From contig RBNJ01000024.1 of NCBI GenBank assembly GCA_003990765.1, positions 1 to 51,052 on the forward strand: a stretch of 51,052 bases of DNA, in the 5' to 3' direction. Shown piece after piece: positions 33,916 to 49,370 of this stretch (position 1 is its first letter; each line of letters opens with the position of its first letter). The position numbers and the translations under genes are program-made. The DNA is from Jimgerdemannia flammicorona. Lineage: Eukaryota. The notes under the pieces were generated by a model, which searched no databases, was not told where the DNA came from, and saw nothing but the letters and a program-made list of their open reading frames with translations.

Positions 33916-35560
33916 ATGGTAAATGACAAAGATCTAACTGAATATGAGAAGATACTCTATTTTCTAAAACTTGGCTGTAGTTACGGTTGCTCCACCAAAG
34001 TGCCTAAAGAAGAATTTGCTAAATTGTATAAAGACTTTCAAGCTCTTACTAAACCTGAACAAGATATCTTTCTAATGGTCCAACTCAGATCTATAGATGG
34101 AGGAGCAATTAATACTAGTTGATATCTCAAGAACAAAACTCAAGTTAATAAGAGAACCACCTATTGCTGGAATCATAATACACCTCTTTGTCAAAAAACT
34201 TATCTCAATATATTTAGCATTGGTCATAATTATTTTGAAAATATCCAAAATCACTTGCTTAAGAATAGTCTTCTATTGTAAGAGTAATGTAAAGAAAATA
34301 TCATAGTGAAAAACCAAGATGATCATCAATACTGATATTGCTACTACTGTTAAGAATTTTTTACTAAATTATATCAAAGTTCATAGCTTACCTAGTCTAG
34401 TTAGAAATGTTAATCAGATTACTCAGTTAATTATCTTTCTACTAGTAGAAATGAGTTATAAGTCTATTTACTATAACTTTTTAGCTAGCCTAGAAGAATA
34501 TAGTAATTTATATATCCTCAAATATGATACATTCTATAAATTATAGCATCAGCTAACTCTGTATATTCAAATTATAAGCCCCTAAACAGATTTATATAAT
34601 ACTTATCAATAATTATAAAATGACTTGTAATTCAAAGCTCACAAAGAAGAAAAGGCTCAAGATTTACTAAAGAGATATAAAGAGCATCTTACCAAAGCCA
34701 AGCTAGAATAAAATTATTTTAACAGAAATACCAAACTAGCAGAAGAATATAGAAAGCTGATTAACCAAAATTATTCACTAATTGAAGGAAAGATACCCTA
34801 CTATAGCATTGATACTATTGTCTATTATAGTTATAACTAAGTCCAAAATGTCCGTATTCCTCATTCTGATTAATAAATTAGCAAAGTGTATTATCTTAGT
34901 ACTTGCAAAGTATACTTATTTAGTATCTAGAATGAAGTAATATATGAGCAAATTAACTATATTCTGGATGAGAATGAATTGCTTGGAAAAGATCTCAAAA
35001 GTATACTTAGCCTAGTCTTTAATAGAATTAAGTAATTAAATAAAGGTGAAAAGTACTTAAAAATTACTTGTGATAATATAGGTAGATAAAACAAAAATAA
35101 TACCATTCTTTAATTTTACCTATACTTGGTAATTGTCAGTTATTATAAAAGTATTGAGTTAAATTTCATAGTTTCTGACTATACCAAATTCAAATATAAT
35201 GGTAGCTTTGAACTAATCAAAAAGCTTTATCACAAGACTATGTAGATCATATTATTGATATTATAAAAAGGTCTAGTATCATCAGGCTAAATAAAGCTCA
35301 ATATTATAATGGTAAAAGTTTTCAATATTATGACATCATAAGCAGTCTAGAAACCTATTTCAAAAAATTATCTGGTCTGCAAAAGTTTCAGTATTTTCTT
35401 TTTACCATTATTAATCCTGGAGTGATCAAAGCCTAAGAAGTTGTGAGTAGTCCTTTCTAGGAATTTAAGTTATTGAAGACTAGTAAATCCACAACTTGTC
35501 AAGTTATAGAAAAAGTCAAAGTTTTGTCATTTTCAGTGCTTAAGCCTCTTCCTATGATTG
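33916..35560 (+). mobile_element. Sola-like (DDD) DNA transposase pseudogene
   Basis: Decayed motifs HYSYN*VQNVRIP, QINYILDE, ITCDNIGR*NKNN and FIVSDYTKFKYNGSF resemble HYSFDxAQ, DNC.GQNKN and GHTKF.PD..F; N-terminal CSYGC and LCQKTYL. Confidence 0.65.
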
Positions 35561-35569
35561 CCCAAGACT

Positions 35570-36371
35570 AACTTATAATGATAATGAATAAAATATTTCA
35601 AAGAAAATTAATTTCTTTCATAAATATTGCTAAAATAAATTTATATATCTTCATAAAAAGGATATAAGTATATTAAAAGAATAAAAATAAGAAAAAAATT
35701 ATAGTAAATATTTTAGAAGTCCAAAAAGAAGAAAATAAAAATCTATTAGAACAAATTGATAATATTAATAAAAGCAATGTAGAAAGAAACAAAGGTCTTA
35801 AATGATAAATCTGAAGAATTACTGGTCAAACTGATACTTTTTGATATAAGTAATTAAATAAAAAGTGATTTGAAGAAGGTAAATTAAAAAAGACAAAAGA
35901 CTTTAATGACTTTATTAAATAGAGGAGGAATATTGAACAAGTTTGATTTGACAATATTATAATTGAAGAAATGTTAGAAGAGTTTTGTAATCATTCCAAA
36001 GAATTAGCCTCTACTTGTGCTAGATATATTTTTCAATAAAGTGAATGAGATTATCAAATTACTAGACAAAAGTAGCAAATTGAAGAGTGAAAAAAGTCTA
36101 ATGAATAATTATGAAAAGATCTCAGAGATGCTTGAAGTGAAGATCAAACTCATATCAAAGCTGCAAATTATGCTTGTAAATTAAAGTCAGAGAGTGACAT
36201 TAAACATGAGAAAGAAAAAAAGGGCAGGTAGAGATAGTTAATGACCTAGTGGTTTTTAATTAAAAAGGAGTAGAGAGGGGGAGCCACTCTAGGGGAATCA
36301 GATAGAGGTGGACTTAGTGTATTATATATGGGATAGACAGCTATATTAATAAAGAAAGGAGTCTAAGTGAC

Positions 36372-36442
<71 letters not shown>

Positions 36443-37490
36443 ACAAAATGATTTATAAATAACTTATAAGTTATGGGTTAGAGAAGTATATGATTTAGTA
36501 AAGAAAATAACAATATTAGAAAATGCTAGTAATGAACTTTTGGGAGTATTAGTAAAAACCCAAGATAAATCAAAGCAGAGATTAAAGGTAAATGAAAATC
36601 TGTAAAAAGAATTAAAATGACAAAAAGAGTTATTAGCAAACTCTTAGAAGAAAATAGATGAGTAAAAAAGATTGAGAGAAAAAGCAGAATTCTAATTATA
36701 CTTAAATAACAAACCCTTATCCAAGAGACCAAATAAACTTAAAGAGTTGGAAAGAAAAATAAAAGTTAAACTTTAATATTTTGTAGAAAAAATTAAGTCT
36801 CAAAAGGAGACAATGATAGCTAAAATCAAAGTTCTAGTTAAATAATTATAAAAGAACTACTTTATACAATTTTAGAGTTAGAGAAATAGAATCAATGAGC
36901 AATGTGCTCTTTTTGTCATGGCTTTAGTAGGAAAAGTAGACCTGCTATTTGTCAAATAAGAATATACATATAGTAAATTAATAAACAAATTAGTATATAT
37001 GTGAAGAGTATAAGAAAATTTTTGAAAATGATGAATTACCTAAATATAAGAGATACATATAGGAGATTACAAACAAATACTAATATTGATATTTACAGTA
37101 ACAAATATATCTGTAATTGTGTTAAATATAAAGAGGAATTAGAGGAAGAAGAAAAAGAACTTACTTCTTTATCTGGAATATTTGCTTTTTATAAATAATA
37201 AGTAAATGCTCTTCAAGAATAATTAAAAGAAGCTGAGTGAACAATTGAGATAGAAAGAGAAGTGGTGGCTAAGTTTCAAGAAAAATCTGAAGAGTAGAGC
37301 AAAAAACAAAAACAAGAGTTGTTGAATAGAATAAAAAAGTTAGAAGCTGAAGTGAAAAGATTAAAAAAAACTCATCCCACAAGAGCTAATTAATGAAATT
37401 AATAAGGTAAAAGCCCAATTACAATAGAATGATTGATTAACTGCTCAAATTGAGATTAAAAAGTGACCTTGATTAAAAATAAAGAAGTAA
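35570..37490 (+). other. Decayed A-rich, intronless coding DNA reading with TGA=Trp; putative Mollicutes-related endobacterium-derived insert
   Basis: K/E/N-rich frames; nine in-frame TGA and no TGG in 35701-36221; last frame ends LTAQIEIKK(TGA)P(TGA)LKIKK*. Confidence 0.5.
36222..36439 (+). mobile_element. Short LINE 3' end with a ~65 nt poly(A) tail
   Basis: Similar to 17950-18033; AATAAA 36348; AGTCTAAGTGACT hairpin; A tract 36375-36439. Confidence 0.75.
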
Positions 37491-38303
37491 TTCCAACATC
37501 AATATCAAATGTTCACTTTGTCTGATTTTGTTATAGCATGCCCTATATATATTTTTTATAAGTATATTAAAGTTATATATTATAATTAAATATTAATAAT
37601 AACTAAATATTATTATCATTTTAACTATTACTATAGTTATATTAAGTTTGATATCTCTATTTGAGATATTTTAAATAATTAACTATAAAATAAAAAGATC
37701 AGATCTTATACAATTGATAATAAAAGTACTTTTATTTTTAATATATTATTATTCAAAATAAAGTATACACATCAAAAACCTACAGCTGATATAAGAATAT
37801 GAACAAGAACAGGATCAGAGACATACAATTGTCAAAAAAGAACTTGGGAGATCGTCCTTTGGACATTGCTTGATGGAGCCTTTGTTCTTGCATAAGCAGG
37901 ATCCATGCAGAAGATGGTAACTTTTACATAACAATGCTTAGTAATACCTATTATTGATGTACTACAATCCACCCGATCACAGTAATCTGGAAGCTCAACC
38001 ATAACGAGACACAATTAAAAATGAAATAAAAAAAAATCTCGCCCTTCACTTGAATTCATATCATTGTCCATTTACAAGAAAGGAAGATGAAAAAGGCGCT
38101 GTGACTCCGAGTAATATATAAACTGGTGGTTTGAAGGAGGGAGGAGAACAGGGGCTAAAAAAAATAACACCCCAGCGTGCAAAAAAGGAAAATACTGAAA
38201 AAATAGCATTACATATTAACGCATTCCCTCGGGACACCTTAAAGCGAAAACGCTCTGGATAAACCAGAAAACTAATTGTACCTACACCGAAGCACAACAT
38301 ACT

Positions 38304-40306
38304 CTAGCCGTCAGTTGTCGTAATGGAATTCGATGTATGGGGCAAAATAATCGGTACGGAAACCGTGCTATCTTTGGAGTCAACACCGTCGGCGCTTACG
38401 AGATTCTGGACAGTATCTCGAAGGGCACTTTTACTGTCTCCTTTTTCACCATCAACTGCATCGCTCAGATCGCCCGAAGTCGAAGTGATCCCGTTGCCCG
38501 TCACATGTTTTGATCCCAACTCCCGGTTGCTATCAGTGAGGAAGTTGCCTAGACGATCCGTCGCACTACTTTGTAGCAACTTTTTGGTAATGTTATCATA
38601 CCACTGCTGTTTCGTCAGATTGTTCAGCAAGCCGACAATGACAACGGTCATGTTATCGCAGCCAATACCACCAATCTCGCTGTCGGGAGCAAGGCACCGG
38701 TCCATCAATTCTTCACATATGACTTTGAGCGACTTCTTGTCAGCGATGCCAACGCGCACAAAGTCTACCACCTCCTGCGAGGTCATGCAATCCCAGATAC
38801 CTAATGGAAAATGGAAACGGTAAGGATTCATGTAACTGGCGTGATTGGCATATTGACGTAAAAGAATACAGACCATCGCAGGCTATTACAATGAACTCTT
38901 CATCTTCACCCAATTTATGCTCAATAATATCAGGATTCGCTAAGGAGAGTAATTGGTTCAAAGATATTGTTCCCAACAAGCGGTTAGAGAGAGGGACAAA
39001 AATGTCGAAATCAAGACCCCAGAATACGTCAACAACAAATTTAGCGTACAGGTGACAATCTGGTGCTCTGGGCTCAGGTTGAAGTTTTGTTTGAATTCGA
39101 AATCTCCGATAGCACGAGATAGCGCGAGGTTCCCTTTATATATATTTGAGCATTACGATGGGTTGTTCGTTTTAGTCATGGCTCGTAATGATATTCCCCG
39201 TTGAAATGACCGAGATAAAAGCTAAACTTACCGTTGACACGGCCAAACTCAACAAACCCCCCAGCAGCTACAATTCTTTGTGACTCGGCCTTATTCACAG
39301 GTTTATGATCATGGGAAAGCGCCTCAACTTTGCCGTTGACACTGATTACAGCACGAGAGTCACCGGCGTTGCCCTGATAATGGAGAAGTAACAGAGCAGA
39401 CACATAAACTTTCTCGCGTATCCTAGGTTTCTTCAATCGATCATTTCAATATAAAAACTATAGGATATTCACCACAAGTACACGTTTGCCAGGTTCGATG
39501 ATGGCGGCAACAGCAGTGCAACCAGATGGATCGTGTGCGAACTCCGGATCTTATATGGGATGCATGCCAAAAAATTCGAATAACAGAGTTCGAGTAATCC
39601 CAAATGATTAAAATACATCCTCCGTGTGTTTCTATCGCTGATTAAAGGAGTCGAAATTGCACTGGTGTCCTTACCTTGTTTCAAATCAGCGTCCGTGCCC
39701 AGGAACCCATTCTTGATAGCCACATGATATTTTCCCTCCTTAAAAGCGTCTTCAGCGGCGATACGTTTGTGAAGCTGATTTCCGCTGTATTTAGCGACAT
39801 TTTGGCCTATGAGAAACGAAGCACCCCAAGGATAAGCTATCGTATCCAAACTACCGGCCTGTCTTAACGTTTTGCTCATCTGCGAGCACAATACGATAAT
39901 CGGTAAACCAATATAAACACTATACGCAGAATCCCCATTTCTGGTACTTACCGCCATGGCCATCGTACACGGCGAAAAATGCAACGTTCGATCCGTCTAA
40001 CTTCAAAATAGTTGTGTGGGCGTCTTCCATACCTGCAGAGTTCGGGTGGAATGATGTTAAGGACACAACAAAGCAAAACATGGTGGGTATATTCACGGGA
40101 GTCGCTCCATTTGACCAAGAGAGGTAGTATCCTCGTGTTTGCCAGAATCAGTGGCGATCTTTGTTTTGGCCCGCAACGCCACACACAGAGGTCAAAAGGA
40201 TACTGACACGCCATCCTTGCATGGAGGAGGCAGCATAGATCAAACGGTCATCGCCATCCTCAGTAGAATGCTTCTCAATGACAGGCTCTGATAGCGTCTG
40301 ACCCAT
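38304..40306 (-). CDS. PTC2: Protein phosphatase 2C, PTC2/PTC3 family (multi-exon)
   Basis: MGQTLSEPV start; [56 protein letters not shown] introns. Confidence 0.93.
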
Positions 40307-40515
40307 TGTACGGCTTGTTAAAAAAAAAAAATGTGGGAGAGGGAGAGAGAGCTCAGCAAGGGTCTAGGGGGTAAGTATGCGCCCACGGACCAGCGTGACC
40401 TAGACTGTTGCCCAATCAAATGGCACCAGCTTGAATCCGTTGTGTGTGATGCATGATGTCACACCCACACACAGCCGTCTTTGTTATTTTTGCTATCCTT
40501 CAAGCCTCGGTCGCC

Positions 40516-43351
<2,836 letters not shown>

Positions 43352-43755
43352 ATTGGCATGTGAGGCAGATATCAATCCTAGTGCACTTTCTGCAAATAAA
43401 TCAAAGTGTGGAGCTCGCTAGATGTCCGATGCCGTTTTGGCTGAGGCACTGGTTGGCACTACTCCTTTCGACCCGATTCGTCGTTTTTAATGTACTGTGC
43501 TTGAACAGCGAACATCGGATTGGACTTAATAGACAATCGATCCTCAAAGATCACTTGCTTTGTACAAATCAGGGTGCAATTCGAATATCATGTACATTCG
43601 AGTGCTGAACGAAGGCGCTACAGCTCTTCCCAGGCGTTTTGGATGCACAGATAACACGTTTATATCGACCCTAGTACACCCAATCCCGTGCTTGTATTAG
43701 AAAAGAGGGGGTTTTCCTTTCGACAATTGCTACATGATTTATTCCAAAGCTGGTT

Positions 43756-45202
43756 TTAGAAGATGATTTGTGAGGCATCAAACAACATAGACACACTTTC
43801 TCCATGATGAATCCTCCGAATTGCCTCGGCGAAAATTGGGGCGATATTGAATACACGAATCTTGCTGCACCGACGTAGATGATCGTCTTGTGGTATGGAA
43901 TTAGACACAACAATCTCATTTATTCTCGACTTCTCGATCCGCTCGTCGGCGTCACCAGAGAGGATGGCGTGCGTGATTATGGCGAGGATACGCGTTGCAC
44001 CGTTTTCGTGCAAGACTTTGGCGGCTTTGGTGATTGTGAAGGACGTATCAGCGATATCGTCAATCAGAATACAAACTTTGCCGCGAACATCGCCCACCAG
44101 CATGAGATCCTGTTTGTATGGCTGTGCTGTGTGCCGGCGCTCCTTGTGAATCAGTGCAAAGTCCATGGAAAGTTTGTCGGCGATTGCTGTGGCTCTTTAA
44201 ACATGCATTCAGAGATCAACCACAGGAGACATTATTAATGGGACCCATGGAGTAATCGTTGCCAAATCATTACGACATGGAACCCACCTCTTGGCACCAC
44301 CAGCGTCTGGTGAAACAATGACTGCATCTTCGTAGTTGGCGATGTTTTCCTTGATATATTTCACCATCAGCGGCATAGAGAACAAATTATCGACGGGGCA
44401 ATCAAAAAAGCCTTGAAATTGCGGATCATGTAAGTCCATAGTAATAATTTGGTCAGCACCTATTCAAAAATAAAATTGGAATGAATCAAATTATGTGATA
44501 TGTAAGGTATGCAGCGGAAGAATGTCGCCTGGAATTATGAAACAGAAATCAAGTACCTGCACATGTCAGAAGCTCAGCAACCAAAGTACCAGACCTAGCA
44601 ACCCATTGCTTATAACCTCCTGCGTTGATTCCCGTCCCGAAACCTCCATTACCGGCGACGCTTGGCGTCACGAGGCCAGACTGCGATGTGCGATAGAGCT
44701 TCTGAATCTGCGCCGCAAGCTCGTCGACAGATGTAGCCTCTGAAACAGCCTGCGGAACTGGTGTGCTCGCGCCCGACTGACTTGGGCTATGGACAGCCGA
44801 GTTGAAATTGGAAAAGGGGTTTCCACCGCCAAGTCCTGAAGGGGTGACCGTTCCAGTCATGGGGGGTGCCCTCGTCAAAGGGGCGCCCGAGCGTTTGTGC
44901 GGAGCGTCCGGTTGGCGTGAGTATGGAAAGAAAGGTATGACAGCAGTAACTTTTTTGGCCGAGGCCGTTTTGCAAGCTTGCAACATGACGAGTAGTTCCA
45001 TGAAGTTGTTGTTGACGTGGCCACAGCCAGACTGAATGATGTACACGTCCATGTCGCGGACTGACTCTTGGATTTGGACGCTGGTTTCATTATTAGAGAA
45101 TTTTGAAAGGGTTGCCTTGCCTGGCTGAATACCAAGGCGTGCGCAAATTTGGTCGGCTAGCTGGGGGTGGGAAGAGCCTCCGAAGATGACAATGCCTCTC
45201 AT
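43756..45202 (-). CDS. PRS5: Ribose-phosphate pyrophosphokinase, PRS5-like with low-complexity insertion (3 exons)
   Basis: [53 protein letters not shown]; Ser/Pro/Gly-rich insert after YSRQ. Paralog assignment is less certain than the family. Confidence 0.88.
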
Positions 45203-45397
45203 GGTAGCGAAAGTCAAAAGCTTTTGGACAGGTCATGGGCTTTTGAAGGTGAAATTTTTTCCGTAACGTCATCACCGTTCGACGATCACTCTGTCCCCGC
45301 CACCATTGCCCCACTGCCACCCCATGCCTACACCATTACTGCTCTATATTACAGTACTAGTGATATTTTCTCCCAAAGAACACTGCAGACAGATCTT

Positions 45398-47302
45398 CTT
45401 TTTTTTTTTTTTTTTTTTTTTTTATAGTCACTTGGACTCCTTTATTATCTAGATTTCAAATATAATAAAAACCCCATACTATGACTACTACAATGCTAAT
45501 ATATAAAGAGAAGGCCCTTCAGGACAAAGATAAGTCTTTCAGCTAACATTCTTCTTCTACTACACCTCTCTGTTGTCAAGCATCAGATGCTCTTAACTCT
45601 CCTATACAATATCCTATATCTTCCTCAAGGCCCCCAGCTACTACTACCTCTTCCCCTGATACCACCACCCTTGCACCATCTTCTGGAGAAGCTACCTCCA
45701 CTGCTTTACCAATTTGCCAATTTCCATCCATGGATCTCTCTCAAACATCCAATACCAATATACTGCCATCAGGATTCAAACTCTTAGAATATAGTCCAAA
45801 CTACTCCAGAGATTCCCAGTCTCTCCCACCAGCCACTATTTAATCATCTGACAAGTTGGACCATCTGGTCACCAACTCTTAGAACTCTAATAACCTTCTA
45901 ATATCTGCCAATATCTCTCTATACCTAGATATACTGCCAAAATATGCTCTAGTATCTAAATTACTCCTCTATTTACTTTACTATACAATTTGTATTTCCT
46001 ATTACCTTCTACCTCTATCTATTCTGTCCAGTAACCTAGTATTATATTTTTTCTTATGAATTGCCACTATATTACTCAATACTTAAGTAGTATAATCTTA
46101 AGTAAGAAAGCTCCCCAACTCCAGACCTGATCTTACTCTCAATCTTCACCAAATCCAGTCTTCTGCTAACCTACTAGTCACCTCTCAAGTGAGCCAGTCC
46201 TGATTAATTCTATTGTCTCAGATAGAGAGTATTCTGCTAGCCTGTGCTCACTAATGTGAAGGTCCTCTAGATACTACCATCTCTACTCTGGATTCTCTTC
46301 TTCTCCTATCTCTGGTCTTATTAATCTCATTGCTAGCTAGGTCTCTATAATGCCTCACCAGAACTCCTTATACCACACTCTACTCACCCTTCCCATCTGA
46401 AGTAAACCTCATATATCCTTCCAAACCTTATCACAAGAGTAGAACCTGACCTCCCAATTGTCTATAGTCAGTCTGTCTCAACCATTTACCTCTAGCTCTA
46501 CCAATTGATAACTTTACTAATTCTATAGTATCTTTAGCTATCTCTAGAAGTCCACCAGCCCCAGATCTCTATCTACCATCTGCAGCATTACTGTATCTCA
46601 ACTAATCTATGGTCACCTTCCTTGCTACAGCTATTCTTCTATTATCTTCTTCAGTCTCTATATCACCTATTCAGAAAAATCCAGATAGTATCCCAAGTAT
46701 TATAGTTTAGATAACTAGTATACATTCAAAGCTACAACTCTTCCTATTAAGGAGAAACTCCTTTTTGACCAATCTGTCAAAGCTCTCTCTTACTTTTGTA
46801 ATATACCACACTATTACTTCTTTGACAGCACTATCTTATATACTAAAAACCAAATGTCTAAATATCTAACTACTTCTCTTATGGCCACCATTTGTCCAAA
46901 ATACCCATTTTCTCTCAAGCTCTATTGTTTCATACTTGTCCTAATTCAATTTCACTCCTGTCAGCCTCTCATACTGGTCAATTCTTTCTTATAGTTTTTT
47001 TACATCTACCATACAACCTAGTCTGATCACTATATTATCAGCAAAAGCCCCCAGCTTCCAGACTATATCCCCCATCTATAATCCAGTCAATCACCCCTTC
47101 AGCTAAGTCAACAGGAGCTCCAAGGACAAAATATAAAGCAGAGAGAAAAGAGGATCACTCTGAGGCACACCTCTTCTCAGAACAAACTCTGGACCACTCT
47201 ATCTATTCATCAGTATCACTGCTCAGCAGTCTTACACTAGGCCTATCAATCTTTGAGCATCTACTGCACCAAACCCTATCTTTTACAATACTGCCTCTAA
47301 AT

Positions 47303-47305
<3 letters not shown>
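45398..47305 (-). mobile_element. 5'-truncated L1/Tx1-like LINE copy A (decayed)
   Basis: Poly(T) at ~45400-45423 then ATAGTCACTTGGACTCCTTTATT; decayed RGVPQSDPL and KLGAFADNIV near 47030-47180. Confidence 0.75.
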
Positions 47306-47343
<38 letters not shown>

Positions 47344-49370
47344 GTCTCTTAGACTGCCCTTTATTACCGAAGTCTATAGTGTTAACAATATAATGTCACC
47401 CACTCCCTCAACCAATGCCCCAGGGGCCCAACCCCTCTCCCTCAACCTCTCCCTGCTCAAGCACCACCCGACTACCCACTACCTGAACCCTCCCACCACT
47501 CTTCTGAGAGATACACTGCACCAAACCCCTGTGGTAATACCCCCACTCCACCACCAGCTATTCAAAATGTCCAACAGCAACCATTCCCACCATGCCACCT
47601 TTTCACCAACCCCAATCTAATGTCCATCCTCAAATACATGCATCTAATGCCCCGCCAACCCAACCTACATAGCCAAGGCCCAGCCAAGGGTTAGCCATTC
47701 GTCCCTGACCCCACCCACTAATCACCGGCAAAGCTCTCCCCATCTCTCCCCTCCCTCCCCTCCCCCAGCCCCCAACCCTAACCTGTCCCTTATACATCCC
47801 CAGAACTCCCCCAAAACCTCACACTCGCCAAGCCAATGTTCAGACATTTGTACCACCCCTCCCTTCTGATCAACATTGAAACAATCCTCACACTCGAATA
47901 CCCCACCATCCACCAAGTGATCAGACCGATAGTTCAGCATCACATTCTGCCATAGGATCTGCCACCATGCCAACCAGAACTTGGGGGGCAGCCACTGCCT
48001 CACCTATTTGCTCCAAAGCCAGAGCCTATTCCAATCCCACTCTTCCCCGATTCCAACCCTCTGCCAGGCTTTAGGCCATAGGTCTCCACCTAGGCCTCGC
48101 AGGCACTCCAGACCCTCGCCAAGCTGAAAGTCCTCCACCAGAACACCACCCAATAGGAGCCTGTCCCACCTCCACATCTGCAGTCCCCAAACCTCCTCAG
48201 TCTCGTCACCTCACCACCAAAGGCCGATTTTCTTAGCACCATCTACTACACCCTATCAAAAGCCTGTAAACTGCATCCTCTAGCTCCCTTCTATGGCCAC
48301 CATTGCAAACAGGTCGCTGGAGCTACCACGTGGGGAGTATCGAACCTCCCACAACCTCTGCATGAGTGGCACCCACTCCCGACCTCTAAGCTCACTTGCC
48401 CTCCTTAGCCACCAGGCCCTCAGACATAAAAGCTGCCTAGTAAAGTCCACTAATCCCAGTCCACCTCTTTCCAAGGGCAGTGTGAGCACCTCCCAACCAA
48501 CCTGACTCTACCACCCTCCCTAAATCCACAACTTCGCCATCTTCAACAACCTCATAACCACCCATGGTGGAAAATCCAAATGATATCCAACATACCACAG
48601 CTTCGGCATCCAGTATACATTCAACACCATCACCCTTCCAGCAAGGGACATATGCTGGCCTCTCCATCGCATCAAGACATCACCCCACTCCAGCAGTTTA
48701 TGGTCCCACCATGCCCAGGGAAGGAGAGATCCAAATACCGAGAAGTAGATCCCCAAGTAGCACACTGGTTCACCAGCCGGAACCACTATTCCAATAACAT
48801 TGCCACCGATAATTCCAGTGCCCAGCACCAGTGTCTCGCATTTGTGCCAGTTTAGTTTGGCACCAGAATCTCGCTCATACCATTCCACCATTCTCTGCAA
48901 CTCGCTAACATCCCACAAGGAACCCAGTCCTACCACCATATCATTGGCAAAGGCCCCCACCTTCCAGTTCACCCCTAAAATGTCCAAACCCTCAATCTTA
49001 TGCCGAATCCTGTCCAGTAGTGGCTCCAGGGAAAGAGCATACAATATGGGTGACAAGGGGTCCCCTTGTAGCACCCCATGGCCCAGGGGGAAGGTCACCC
49101 CCCCAGTGGCCATTGATGATCAGTGCCATCTGACTGTCCTCCAAGAGGCTGATCAATGAACCTCGGAACCCCAGGGGGATACCAATCTGCTTCAGCACTC
49201 CCTCCAGCCATACTCTCTGCACTCTATCATAAGCCTTCTCCTGGTCTAGAAATACTAATCTGCCATCCACCCTGGTAGCCCGGGCATCTTCAATTACTCC
49301 ATGAACCCAGGCCATCCCATCTCAAATCAACTGACCACTGACAAACCCATGTTGCTCCAAACCAAGATCT
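47306..49370 (-). mobile_element. 5'-truncated L1/Tx1-like LINE copy B (frameshifted)
   Basis: Poly(T) 47308-47340; FLDQEKAYDRV, QGDPLSPILY, FANDM, GGLGLVDF; C-terminal CEDC...EHWLGEC. Confidence 0.9.

Noticed and set aside
44600-44900. Long Ser/Pro/Gly-rich insertion in PRPP synthetase as a possible intein or novelty
   Set aside because: No intein terminal motifs; non-homologous insertions are an established feature of fungal Prs1/Prs5 subunits.
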